A DNA stretch of 64,000 nucleotides from Elusimicrobiota bacterium (GTDB taxonomy: Bacteria; CG03; SLGR01; JBDRKX01), in contig JBDRKX010000047.1 in the NCBI GenBank assembly GCA_043813605.1, positions 32,001-96,000 of the forward strand, in the 5' to 3' direction. The notes under the pieces were generated by a model. The model was not told where the DNA came from and ran no database searches. It saw only the letters and a program-made list of their open reading frames with translations. The position numbers were made by a program, and so were the translations under genes. Position 1 is the first letter of the stretch; each line of letters opens with the position of its first letter. Of the stretch, positions 45,101 to 57,100 are shown piece after piece.

Positions 45101-48100
45101 ACATCCTGTATTTTTTCCAATATGGATTCGTTGTAGAGTTTTGATACTGTATCTTCAATTATCCATGGATTACTGTTAATAATATCCATGCCCGGTTCTG
45201 ATTCTTTTTCAAGTTCCGCGTCTGCCAATATAACTTCTTTACCAACAATCGGCTTTTTACCTACCAACTTACGGAGAATCTTTTTATCCGGTATTAAGTC
45301 AAACCATGGATTTCGTTGTATAACAGCGCCTATAATAAAATGCTCTTTATTTACAATCTTGTTCCTGTAAGTGTTTCTATCGATAAAAACAGGCGTCCTG
45401 CTCTTCACTACCGACCCGGTATCGATAAGATATGCTTTAAGCTCGCCGCCTTTTATGCGGCCGATCATGATATTATTAGGATTCAGATCTGTTAAATATT
45501 TATTATCTATTAATTCATTTATCAATTGCCTTATCAATTCCAGTTCTTTTGAAGTCAGTTTATCGTATTCAGCGACGCTCGTGCCTTCGACCTTTTCGGA
45601 AACCATGTATCCCAGTTCATTATTTATACCGAACCGACCGAATGCTGAAGGTTTCTGGCTTAATCCTGAATCAGAGAGTTCCGCCATCATCTTATATTCA
45701 TGTTCCATACTGACAGTACTGGCCCTGATTATTTTGATAACCTGTTCATTATCAAACGGATGGATGAATACGGCGCCGTTCCCGCCTTCCGCGAGGAATT
45801 TTGCTTCTCTTACTTCACCGTTGATCTCTACTTTGAGTTCATTCTTCGCCTGTTCATAGACAAGTCTGAATTCTTCAGCAGGTTTTACCTTTTCTATTGC
45901 TTCATAATGCCTTAATAAAACATCGCGTCTTGCCAGGATCCCATTAATTTCCCGGTCAGTTAAATAAGCCGTAAGGGAGGTAAGTACCTCACGGTTCAAG
46001 CCTCTTAATTTCTCTATAATCTCTTCGTTAAACTCGATAACTTCTAAAGAAGGTGGAAGTAAACTTGGTCTAGTGAAACTTTCGCCATTATCAATAGCGA
46101 TCAGGTTATTTTCGGAATCGATCAATATGTTCTCCCCATGCCAATCCATAATATTTCCAAGATAATCCAGTATAAACAGTGCGTTTAACTGTTTTTTACG
46201 GTTTAGATCTTTTGTTTTTTGTGCTTCTCTGTAATACGTTCTGTCGTATTTAGTAAACAATGCCGAAAAAATACCACTCAATATACTGGAATGCGGCCGG
46301 GTATTGTCGATCCATAATTCAACTGTAACTTCTTGGAGCTCTCCGTTGATCTCTATATCTCTCAGTTCTACAGGCGGAACATTTGTAAAGCCCAGTATTC
46401 TTGATAACCTGTAGACAGCAGCAGAATACCTCGGCAGAGACCTGGCATCTATGGTATCTACTGGTTTTATCAGGACTTCATATCCGCTCTCTGTTATTGC
46501 AGTATAGTGTTGGCCAAAAGAAGCTAATCTTTTCAGTAGAGGGAATTTAGTTATATTCAATATCTTTTCATTTTTCAGAGACTTACCTATATCTTCAAAA
46601 GGTATGTTCGTTATATTTCCTATTGTTTTAGATATTACGCGCTTTTTGTCATTAATATCCGAAAAACTCCCTCTAAAATATGTTTTCCTGAAATTACGCT
46701 GAAAATGCTTTAAATACTTTTTCTGTTTTCTTATCTGGGATCTTGTCAGGCGTTTGAAAGTATCAGGATAAACAGTAAATACTTCACCAGTTGTCTTATA
46801 ATCGACAATATTCAGTAGAGACTTATGATGGAATTCTACCGAATCAAGTGTAGAAGTAAACTGAAAGGCCTTATATCCCCGTTCACTGAGATTCGCCAAC
46901 AGTGTCTCAGTAAGGAATGTACCCCGGCCTTTTATACCGTCCTTTACTGTAGCCACATATATACCGTCAGCCTTTTGACCATCAGCATCCGTTATAACCG
47001 GCTCCCACGCTCTGAATCCGGTTACATGCCCGTTATTATCTATCAGTACCATCTGGTTCATTATCCGCCAGATCCGGTTATTGTCTATGCTGATATCATT
47101 CAGTATATAATCCGCCGCCATATACTTATATTCACTAAAAGAATCTGTTAGGTGATCTGTGCCGTATTTAGAAAACGCCTCTGACAGATCTACTATACTG
47201 CCCAGTTTTTCATCTTTCGCTACAGTAAACTCCTTGACCAGAAGATCCGTCATGATATAATTTTTCAGTTCCAGAAGCCTGTTTAAGCGAGAAGGAGACT
47301 CAGTACTGTCTCTTTTGTCTTCCACAATATCCAGCACCCTGATACCGGATTCCGGCCTGATACCCAGTCTGTCATATTGTTCTTTTATACTTTCAACATC
47401 GAAAAGATCATCTTCAATTGATCTTATCAGCTCAGCAAATTCCTTTTCAGAAACTTCGGAAGGTTTACCTTTATCTTTGAATATGGTCTTTAAGCCCGGA
47501 TATATATCGGATATCCATTCATTATCCCCTGTTATTCCCATAAACCTGTATATGACCATCTTCAAGGTCTGGTATGCTATATTCATTGCCCAGGTAAATG
47601 AGAAATTCCTGTTATTCAGTTCTTCCAGCGCGACAGAGTATTTTCTTGTCCATTCTGTCCGGGTGCCCCGCTGCATCGATGTTCCTGCGCCCCTTACGGA
47701 CGGCAAGATTCCTATTATACCGGGTTTACTGTATTTATATATTTCCCCATATTCATCCCAGAGGTCACTTTCAAGAAGCGGCCTGGGCCCGAATAACGAC
47801 ATGTCTCCTCTAAGTACTGCGAATACCTGCGGTACCTCGTCAAGAATAGTCTGGCGGAGTTTCATCCCGAACCAGCCCACATGTTTATCCGGTTCCCGCA
47901 TTGTCCTCAGTTTATAGACATTGAACGGTTTTCCCTGGTATCCGATCCTTTCCTGCATGAACACCGGTGTACTTCGTGTTTCTATCGCCACGATCGGTGA
48001 AATAAAAGTAATAAAAACTATTGCCGGTATCAAAAAGAGAGACGATATGACAATATCCATTATTCTTACGGATCTCGATCCTGCGATATTTTTACGGGGT

Positions 48101-51100
48101 TTCTGTATTAGCAATTGAGCCAGATCAGTTACATTATCCAGTATCGCTTCTTCTATCTTAGCAGGCAGGTTTATCCGCACTGCATCAGTTCTCTCTGCAT
48201 CCAGCAGTCTTACCGGATTATCGAGCATCAGCCTTTCGGTGAGCAATACTACAAGCAGCTCTTCAACAAATACTGAGTCATCACTATATTCTTTCCCATA
48301 ATTGTTTATAAAATATCTTTTAAGCTGTTCGAAATCTTTTATCTGTGTATCTTCATATATCCCGGGATCTTTTAATTTTGCGAGTATATTCGCTAAATCT
48401 TCTTTATACTGCTCGGCGGTTTCTGCCGTAGTTTCCTTTGCCGGTTCAGTAATGATCTCTACCAGCTGCTTTTTCCTGCCGGTAATAACATTAAACATCG
48501 ATCTGGCATTACTTACAGTATGGAGTAGGATCGGAGCCCATACCGTGCCCGTTATATACATGGATAATGCGTATACAAAAGAATCTCCCATAATATAGAA
48601 AAGCATATCTTTATCCGGTACTCTCTCCTGGTCTACATGTTTCTTAGCAAACCACCAGGAACTCGCAAGACCCGTAATAAGTAATGCAGGTATCTCTCCT
48701 ATATACGGCGTAAGCAGCGTAAACGGCAGATAGAATGTCACTCCCCTGTGATATATCTCTTCCCAGACAGGCGTGACAATGACCCTTATCCTCATCCATA
48801 CGGAATCTAGCATTTCTCTGCGTATTTCAGGTTGATAAACAGTGAGTTTTTCTCCAGCTATGGCAGGTTTACGATTCAATATGTAGTTTATATATACATT
48901 CTGCCAAACCAGAACAATGATATAGAACAATGGGAACAAGAGTATTTTATAATCATATTCAAGTATACCGGGAGCTATGACATAAGCAAGCATAAGAGCA
49001 GCCCCGCTCTTTATACCAACACCTAAACTACCCACAAAAGACATCTCTCTTTTGCTGTTTATATAATTTCTAAATACATTCTTAAGCAGGTTTTCTTCTC
49101 CGAAGACCTTCCTCTGGATACCAAGGTATATATCCCTGTGGTCTTCATAATCCTTTTCGCCAAAAACAGCTGAATATGCTTCGTGAAAAAGTATCTCGTC
49201 AAGATACTTCTGATACGTAGAATCGGTTATAAAATCTCTTGCTATGGCTATTTCGGCGGAATTCGCGTATGCGAGCATGTAATCTTCCCTGCCCTTTACT
49301 ACCGCGTCAAATGCTACTATATCACCCCGCGCAAAATATTCTTCCAGCCTGGCAAGTACAAGCTGCATCTTTTCATCACCCGCAAGTCCGGCACGGTCTA
49401 TCTTTTCCTTCAATTCGTCCAGTTTTCTCCGGATAAGCATTTCTCCTGCACTGTTCAGTTTGACCGTTTCTACCTTTCCTGCTTCTTCAAGCGATCTGCC
49501 TTTACCTATAGCGCCGCCGACAGCAAGTACAGGAACCGCTTTAGCTTCCAATGCCCTGTAAATATCTTTCAGTTCGGTTTCAAGGGATTCTTTTATATTC
49601 TGTAAATATTCTTTTGCAGATAACGGCTTGTTTTTTATAGCTCTTTTTTCTTTGCTCGGCAGTGTTGTATCAGGTGAATCTGTGATATCAGTACTGTCTC
49701 TGGATTCATAACCCCTCATCCTGATACCCTCGGGGCCTATAAGCGCATAGGCGCCCTGTCTGTCAAATTTTTCAGACATACCTTTATCTACTCCGAAATG
49801 CGCGTATTTCTTATCTTTGACCATAAAAGGAAGGTTAAGTTTTATCAGCGTATTGTGACCGGTAAACCAGTGTAGGACACCCAGTCTGGACTGTATATCG
49901 GCTATACCTATTTTCTTTATATAATAGTTTACGTGGTTGGGCTTGATCTTTATTATCTTATCCGCATACCAGGAATATACCCTGTCGAGCGCCGGCCATC
50001 TTTCCCTGAGACTCCTGCCCGGAGCTCTAAGATCGGATGATATGATATCAAACCCTTTAAATAGATTTTTCCCTTTATATTCTTTGCCTTTATATTCAAC
50101 AATTATATCTGCTCTGTTTTTTCCTGCGGTCTGGACAGGGAACCAGCTGTGTGTTACCAGGTTACCGTAGATATCTTTAGAATACAGGCTAAAATTCCGG
50201 CGGGTATATTCTGACATGGCCTGCAAGGTATGGCTTCTCAGATAGTTTGCCTGGGTGACTTTTTCGCCTTTAAACTCTCTCCGGTCTTTATTTATCAGTT
50301 CGATATCGGTATCCGGATCTTCGATCATACTGTTAAGTTCTTTAATAACGGATTCTCCCCATCCCTCATGGCTTGACCAGTCTTTGAACCACCATTCGGT
50401 AGATTCGTAGGCCTGTGTGTTTATCGATTCGAATACCCTGTACCACCACTGTTCTTTTCCGCCGGACTTTTTGTCTTTTACCGCAATATCCCGTCTTTTT
50501 TCAACTATCCCGGCAAGCTGTCCGGCAAGAGCCACTGCACCGTCCCAGGCATCCAGCTCGGTATTATCAGAGATCCAGATGCCCCGTCGGGCCTCCCTGC
50601 CTTTCATCAGTTCGCTGTGTATCCTGTGCCACCACTCGGGGGATGTCTTACCTACACCGTTTAATCCGACAAACGGTGACGGAACCTTTATCCTTTCGAA
50701 ATTTCCAAGAAATTCTTCCCATATATCCTTCTGCTGGCCTGTCCAGCGTTTTTTATGTTTATTATGGAGTCTTATATATTCTTTTCTGATATCTCCTATT
50801 TTTCCGTCGAGTACTTCCTCCTGGAACCTGTTCTGTTCATCATTGTATTCAGCCAGTCGGGCCGCCCACCATAACATGTTTTCGCGTTCCGCTTCTTCTC
50901 CCGCATAATTCTCAGTATTTCTGTTTCTTCTAACCAGTTCTTCTGCTACACTGTCGCCGTGGAAATCAAAACCTTTATACCACGGCAGATGCCCGCCTTC
51001 CATATTACCGTGCACCAGGAGACAATGGTTGCCCGGCACATAATCGACCTTCTCTTTTCCCGCTTCGTCCAGTTCCATGGCAAGCAGAGTGCACTTTATA

Positions 51101-54100
51101 CCGTGAGCGCCCCTGTCAATATAATCACCATTTAAAATTATCTTTGCGTTTATATCATCGAACGATACTCCCTGTTCTTCCAGCTGTTCTGCCAGCGGCA
51201 CCACCCCGTATTCGATCATCACTTTTTTGCCCGTGAGCTTGGACAGCGCGTCACTCAAAAGCGAATTAAACCTGTCGATATCTCCGTGAAAATCCGATAT
51301 AACCACGGTCTTGGGCAGATTACCTGTACCCGGTTCAGCCAGTTCTTTGTCTATCTCTCTACGCAGTTCATTGATCTGGGCAATACGTCTCGCTTCAAAA
51401 AAGATACTATAGATAAAAGGATCAGTAGAGCTCCAGTTTTCTTCCATGACATTATCTATCATTTCACGTATACCAGGAGTCTCTATCCTGAGATATTTAT
51501 CGCTTATCCTGCCGACCGTCTTGTCTATCGGCACGTTTTTACTTATACGGTCATATATGAAAGGGCCGATCGTACTGTTATAGAACGCGGCAGAATCAGC
51601 TTCAGATAATGCCAGTAAAGCCTTGTAATAGTGGCTGTCTTCCGATACCCGTGCTAACATTTCCGTTCCGGCAAGACTTACAGTACCTAATCCGGCGTCA
51701 TGATGTTCGATCAGAAACATCATATCTTTTCTCACTTCTTCCGGTATAATTCCTTGAAGCAGATAATCAGCATAGCGGGCACTGTTACGCGGGTGCAATA
51801 GTTTTTTTCTTACCTCTTCATCGAGATTGTTGTCAGATAAATACGGCATCCTTGCAGCAGGGAGATACCTCTCTATATCATGAAAAAGAGCCGCAAGTAT
51901 AAGCGCCATATCCGCATCAGGTTTGATCTTAAGAAGCCAATCCAGTACTTCTTTATAATGTCGGCGGTCTGTCAATTCAGTATAGGCATCTTCTGGGTCT
52001 ATAGTATCGTATATGAATTCTGCGAGTTTAAATGCCGCATCCAGCCTGCTTTCAGCAGTCTTAACGCCGTACTGCTGCATCCGGTTCAATATAGCCTCTT
52101 TCTCTGTCTTAATTACAGCAGGCAACAATATCTTGCCGGTATTTGTCCTGTAGAGAAGTTCTGCCGCTTCTTTTTCACCTTCTGTCAGTTCATCGTATTT
52201 TCTGCCCTGGGCTTTCGTATTGTACCAGGCTATCGCTTTATCCAATTCAAGCACTTCTTTGCCTTTTGTGTACTTTGCAGTTATCCCTATCAGTTCTTCT
52301 TCTATCCTATCAAGCCCCTGGTAACTCAAGGCGGGGAACTGGATAATAAAGGATTTTATATCCCTTATCTTTTTCTCCTGTTCGATACGCGTAATATCTT
52401 CTTCGCCGATATCTCTGATATTTCCCCAGTTTTCCCTGGCTTTAACCATCATAATTTTAACATCTTCAGCATTTTCCAGTATCCGGTTCTGATAGTAACG
52501 GAAGAGCCACAGTTTCAGAGCCAGCCCCCTGACACCCATCCTGCTTATAAGGTATATATCCGCCTGCTGTTCTTCCCAGCGCAGGCTGTCATCAGCTGTC
52601 AATCCTTCCCTCTTGAACACCTTTTCAATATCCCAGGCATTAATAGCCGTGTGATGGCCTTTTTCGTGCAGTACACCGGCTTCTATGATATTCTCCCCGA
52701 GTTGAGGTGAGACTTTTAATATTGAATTCATCAATTCTACATATTCATCATCTATTTCCAGTATCTTGTTTTTATGAACAGACATGAAATTATCCATCCT
52801 GCTGAGTATCATCCGGCCAAATCCGTGTTTACTTGCTATCTCTTTTATTTTTTTGAGCGTCTCGAAATACTCTGCGGTCTTTACCGAAAGCGGTACTGTT
52901 TTGCCCGGTTTTTCGGACAATTCTATTACGTCGAGCCCTTCTATCTCGTCAAGCTCTATGATCCCGAGCATCGCTCTCGGTCTTTCCTGTTCCGCTTCAG
53001 GTTGCACTATAACCGTCCGCGCACCTTTTTCTTCTACATATACTGTTATCCAGCCGGGTATGTTCACACCATACTCTTCAGCAACTTTAATAAACGTATC
53101 ATAATCTTTCCCGGAATAGAATGTTATTTCATTTAATGCTTCAGCAGGCAGTTCTGCTACTCCCTTTAACCGGCCTTCATCTGAGCGTTCGACATTCATT
53201 ACATATTTTTTCTTTATACCTATAACCGCACCTAACGGACCTTTGTTAGCAACAGTCAGCGGTGAAAGATCATCTAATGTATTTATGCCTTCAGGTATAT
53301 ACGCCGAGTATTCTTCATCCCTCATAGCCTCACTTGCCCGGGCGGCGACATCTTTTTCGGTGAGCATCCTGTAACCCATATACTCGCGCTCATGCTCTCT
53401 CCATCTTTCAGCAGTCTCACGGCTTGTTGTTACGAATATCCCTTCCTCCACACCGCCCATAGCTTCATAAGTATTCTGCCGGCCGATACCTTTCTGTACC
53501 AGTTTCCCGTCTTTAAGGATCTCAAGGAGGTAGCTTGTTCCCTGCCAGTAGACAGATTCTTCAGGCCCAATACGCTTGAAGTTATATATATCTTTAAGGT
53601 GTTCAAGTTTTTTTGAATACTCGATCTCTACTATACTGTAAGCATCGACAGATGATTCATAAGCAACTTTTAAACTGAAATCTATCTTATCAGGACCGTT
53701 CATAAGCCTGCACGCCTCTTCCAGTTCTTTTGTATCCTGTTCAGATACAGGGAATTCCGGGATATCAACTATACTGCGCCCCGGCTGGCTGGCATTTATT
53801 AATTTGGCTATCTTGGGCCACTTCGCCCCTTCTTCATCCAGTCTCCGGTAATACCAGTCCTTAAATCCTGTCCACCATATCTCAAGGAACTCTTCACGTG
53901 TTGCAATACCTCCAATAAAGAACTTGACGGTGTTTTCTCTCATATCCAGTTCATATGGTTTGTCACCTTCAGGAGATTCATTTATAAACTCTGATTCGAA
54001 CGGCAAGCTGTAATATCCCAGTCTCATAAGATAAGATACCTGTTCATGCTGTATCTGTTCAAAATCGATCTCTTTTGATATTGCTCTCGGTCTCTCTTTT

Positions 54101-57100
54101 TTTACAGCTTTAACTTTAGCGGCAACTCGTTTTTTTGCCTCGATCTCTACAGAGAAATCTTCTCTGAGTATCTCCATCGCCTCTTCTGCTGAATCCACTA
54201 TTCTAAGAATTGATTCCTTCTCATGCCGCTGGGTATCGTCACTGACAGCTATTGTCGGCGGATCATATGACTGCATTGTCTTGAATATGGTGTCTTTTAT
54301 TGGTTCCCAGAAATCTTTGCCGATAAGTATTATGGGCCTCTTGGGGAACTTTTTCGTCTGCATACTGCAGAGTATGCCGAAAAGGTGCATCATTGTCTGC
54401 CGGCCGCCGGGAGCTACTACAATCGCCTGGGAGTTCTTTGAAAGAAGCAGTTGATGATTAGTATTTCCGGAGATTACTACATTGTTTTCTATTGTTTTTT
54501 CATTTTCAGTCTTATTTTCATACTTATCCATTGTGAGCGTAGACTGTATCATACTCATATCTTTGCGGTCTGTGGATTCGACGATCTTATCCAGGAGCGT
54601 TCCCCGGCTGCCTATACGTACCGGAACTCCCTCAGATATGATTTTGTCTTTGAGTTCCCCTACTGCATCAAGAGCATCAGCATCGTTTATTATATGCGGT
54701 TCCCCCATGAATGTCACACTCGTATCCATACTGCTCAGTTTACGAAGACCAGTATTCAGCTGCTCGTTAATGGCATTGAGCCTGTTTTCATCCATATCGA
54801 TCGGTATGAAGTTCTTTGAAGCCTTTTTCATGAGTTCTACGGCCTCTTCAGGAGTATCCGCATAAAGCGGTTCGGGTATGTCTTTTGCTGATATACCGGA
54901 TTTTCTCCAGCTCTCATAGAAAGAATCTACTATCGGTTTCCAAAAACTCTTATTCATAAAAACTACGGGGACCTGGTAATACCATACAGCAAAGAACTCC
55001 TCAAGTGTTCCGAGACCGCCGACTTTTATATAAACACCTTTTGCATTTTCGTAAAGACCCTGTTTCCGCGGCAGGAAATAACTGCATGCATGGCAATCTT
55101 CTATATATGGGTTTACTTCCTGCTCCCACGGGACTACTATATTGAAACCCTGGGTGATCAGGTCTTTTGGAAGTTCACCTTCATATTCGTTCTTTGCCAT
55201 TATAAAACCTTGAGGCGCACCTTCCATAGCCGCCCCGGGACCTGCCCCTGTCCGGAGAGGCTCCCGCTCGAGGAAAATAAGTCTTCCCAGTTTTTTACCT
55301 TCTTCATAGTCTTTAGTACCCGGTTGTGTCCGAGCTGAACCGAATACGACATAAGCAGGCGCCCAGCCGCTATGCGCTTCGTATACTTTCCTGCGCTCCA
55401 TCGCCAGAACCTGTGAAACCGAAACAGCATCCTGTTCTGTCAGACGGGTCTCTTCACGTTTAAGGGTTTTTAGTACTTCGGCTATCTTCTCAAGAGATTT
55501 CCTTCCTATGCCTTTTACTCCCTTAAGTATTTCTTTCAGTTCCGCCATAGTATCAATCATTGAATAGTTCTCTGTAACTATTCGGACTATTTCATCCCTG
55601 TTCCTTAATCCCTTTATATCTTCCAGGTACAGGGTAACCTTTCTTGCCATCGCTTCAGCTTCAGTCATCGTATCCAGAGATATCTGCGCGCTCTTTTTCA
55701 GGAACGAGTAGTCTTCTACCACCTGTATCTCGACCTGGTTCTTACGGGATTCCTCGAGTATAGTTGTCAGGCCTTCCAGGTCATCAATTTCAAGGAACGG
55801 ATTTGAAAGAGTTTTTACCTTTGCCGGGATCCACTTCAATGACCCGTTAATAAACCTTTCGACTTCAAGGCTGTTCCAGTCTATGCGGTCAATATACAGT
55901 GACCTTATGCCTTTGTCATCCGGTTTCCTTTCGATCGGTTCGCCGCTGATAAGCTTTTCTTCAGCCGTATATGTCACAACTCTTATGTAGTATCTTTCCG
56001 ATTTTTTGTTCCGTATGAGTCTCTGAATACCGGGCACCTTAAAAGCCTCTTTCAGTGTTCTTTCTTTGGAATCGTGGTATTTGATCCTTATCTTTTCCCC
56101 TGTCAGAGCCTGGAGGATATCACCGTCATTCCTCACCATCGACAGGAAGATGATCCTGGCATCAGGCCTATCTGTGCTCGAATACCATTCTTTAAGAGTC
56201 ATCACATGCGGTACCCGGTTACTGCCATACTTTCTCTTCATCTCGGTTAACGCAAACTCTTTCTGAGCATCGGTCAGAGTAACTACCAGCGTATTATCAG
56301 GCGTTATCATGGTGCCGAAGAAACCGGCAGTATAATAGGATTCTATTTTATTCATGATACCTGTTATTTCTGCCGGATTGATATAACCGCCTTCTTTTTT
56401 TATCTCCCTGAAAACCTTCTGCTGTATGAGTACAGAATAAAAATCAGCCCTGCTTGTCAGCATTGAGGCCTTTATATCCAGTCCGGGATCGTTTACCCTT
56501 AATATCTCGGCACGGAGGATAAGCGATGTTTCAGGATTGTACCTTACGGTTGTGGCAGTAATGGGTATCCAGCGTCTTCTATCGGAAAACTGCCTGTTAT
56601 ACTTCTCTATAGCCTCTACACGGCTTAACAGAGTCTCCGGCAATATACGCTGAAGCGTCTTTGTCGGATTCAAAGGCAGCGGCAGAATATCCGGCATATT
56701 GCTAAACCTGTCGTTTATGCTTCTTATCGCTTTCTTAAATTCTTCAAGTCTTCTCTGTTTTATCTTTTCGGACAGTATCTCTTCGGTAACAATCCATTTT
56801 TTGCCGTCCCATACAGGATATTTCCATTTATTATTCTTTTCATCCCATATTCTTATCCGAGACCGGGCAATGTGGGCTCTATCCAGTATAAGCGGCAAAC
56901 TCTTGACGTTCTTTGCCGGCCAGTTCCTGCCTTTCAACCCGTTTACCATCAATACAGTATCGCCGGATTTCCCTGTTCCTATTCTATTGGCTACTGCCTC
57001 GAATTCTTCCGGCGCTCCTGCTAACGGGCCGACATCTTTTTTATCTGCTGAATAACCGCGTATGGTAAATCTTTTCTCTCCTGAAGCAATCAATTCAAAA

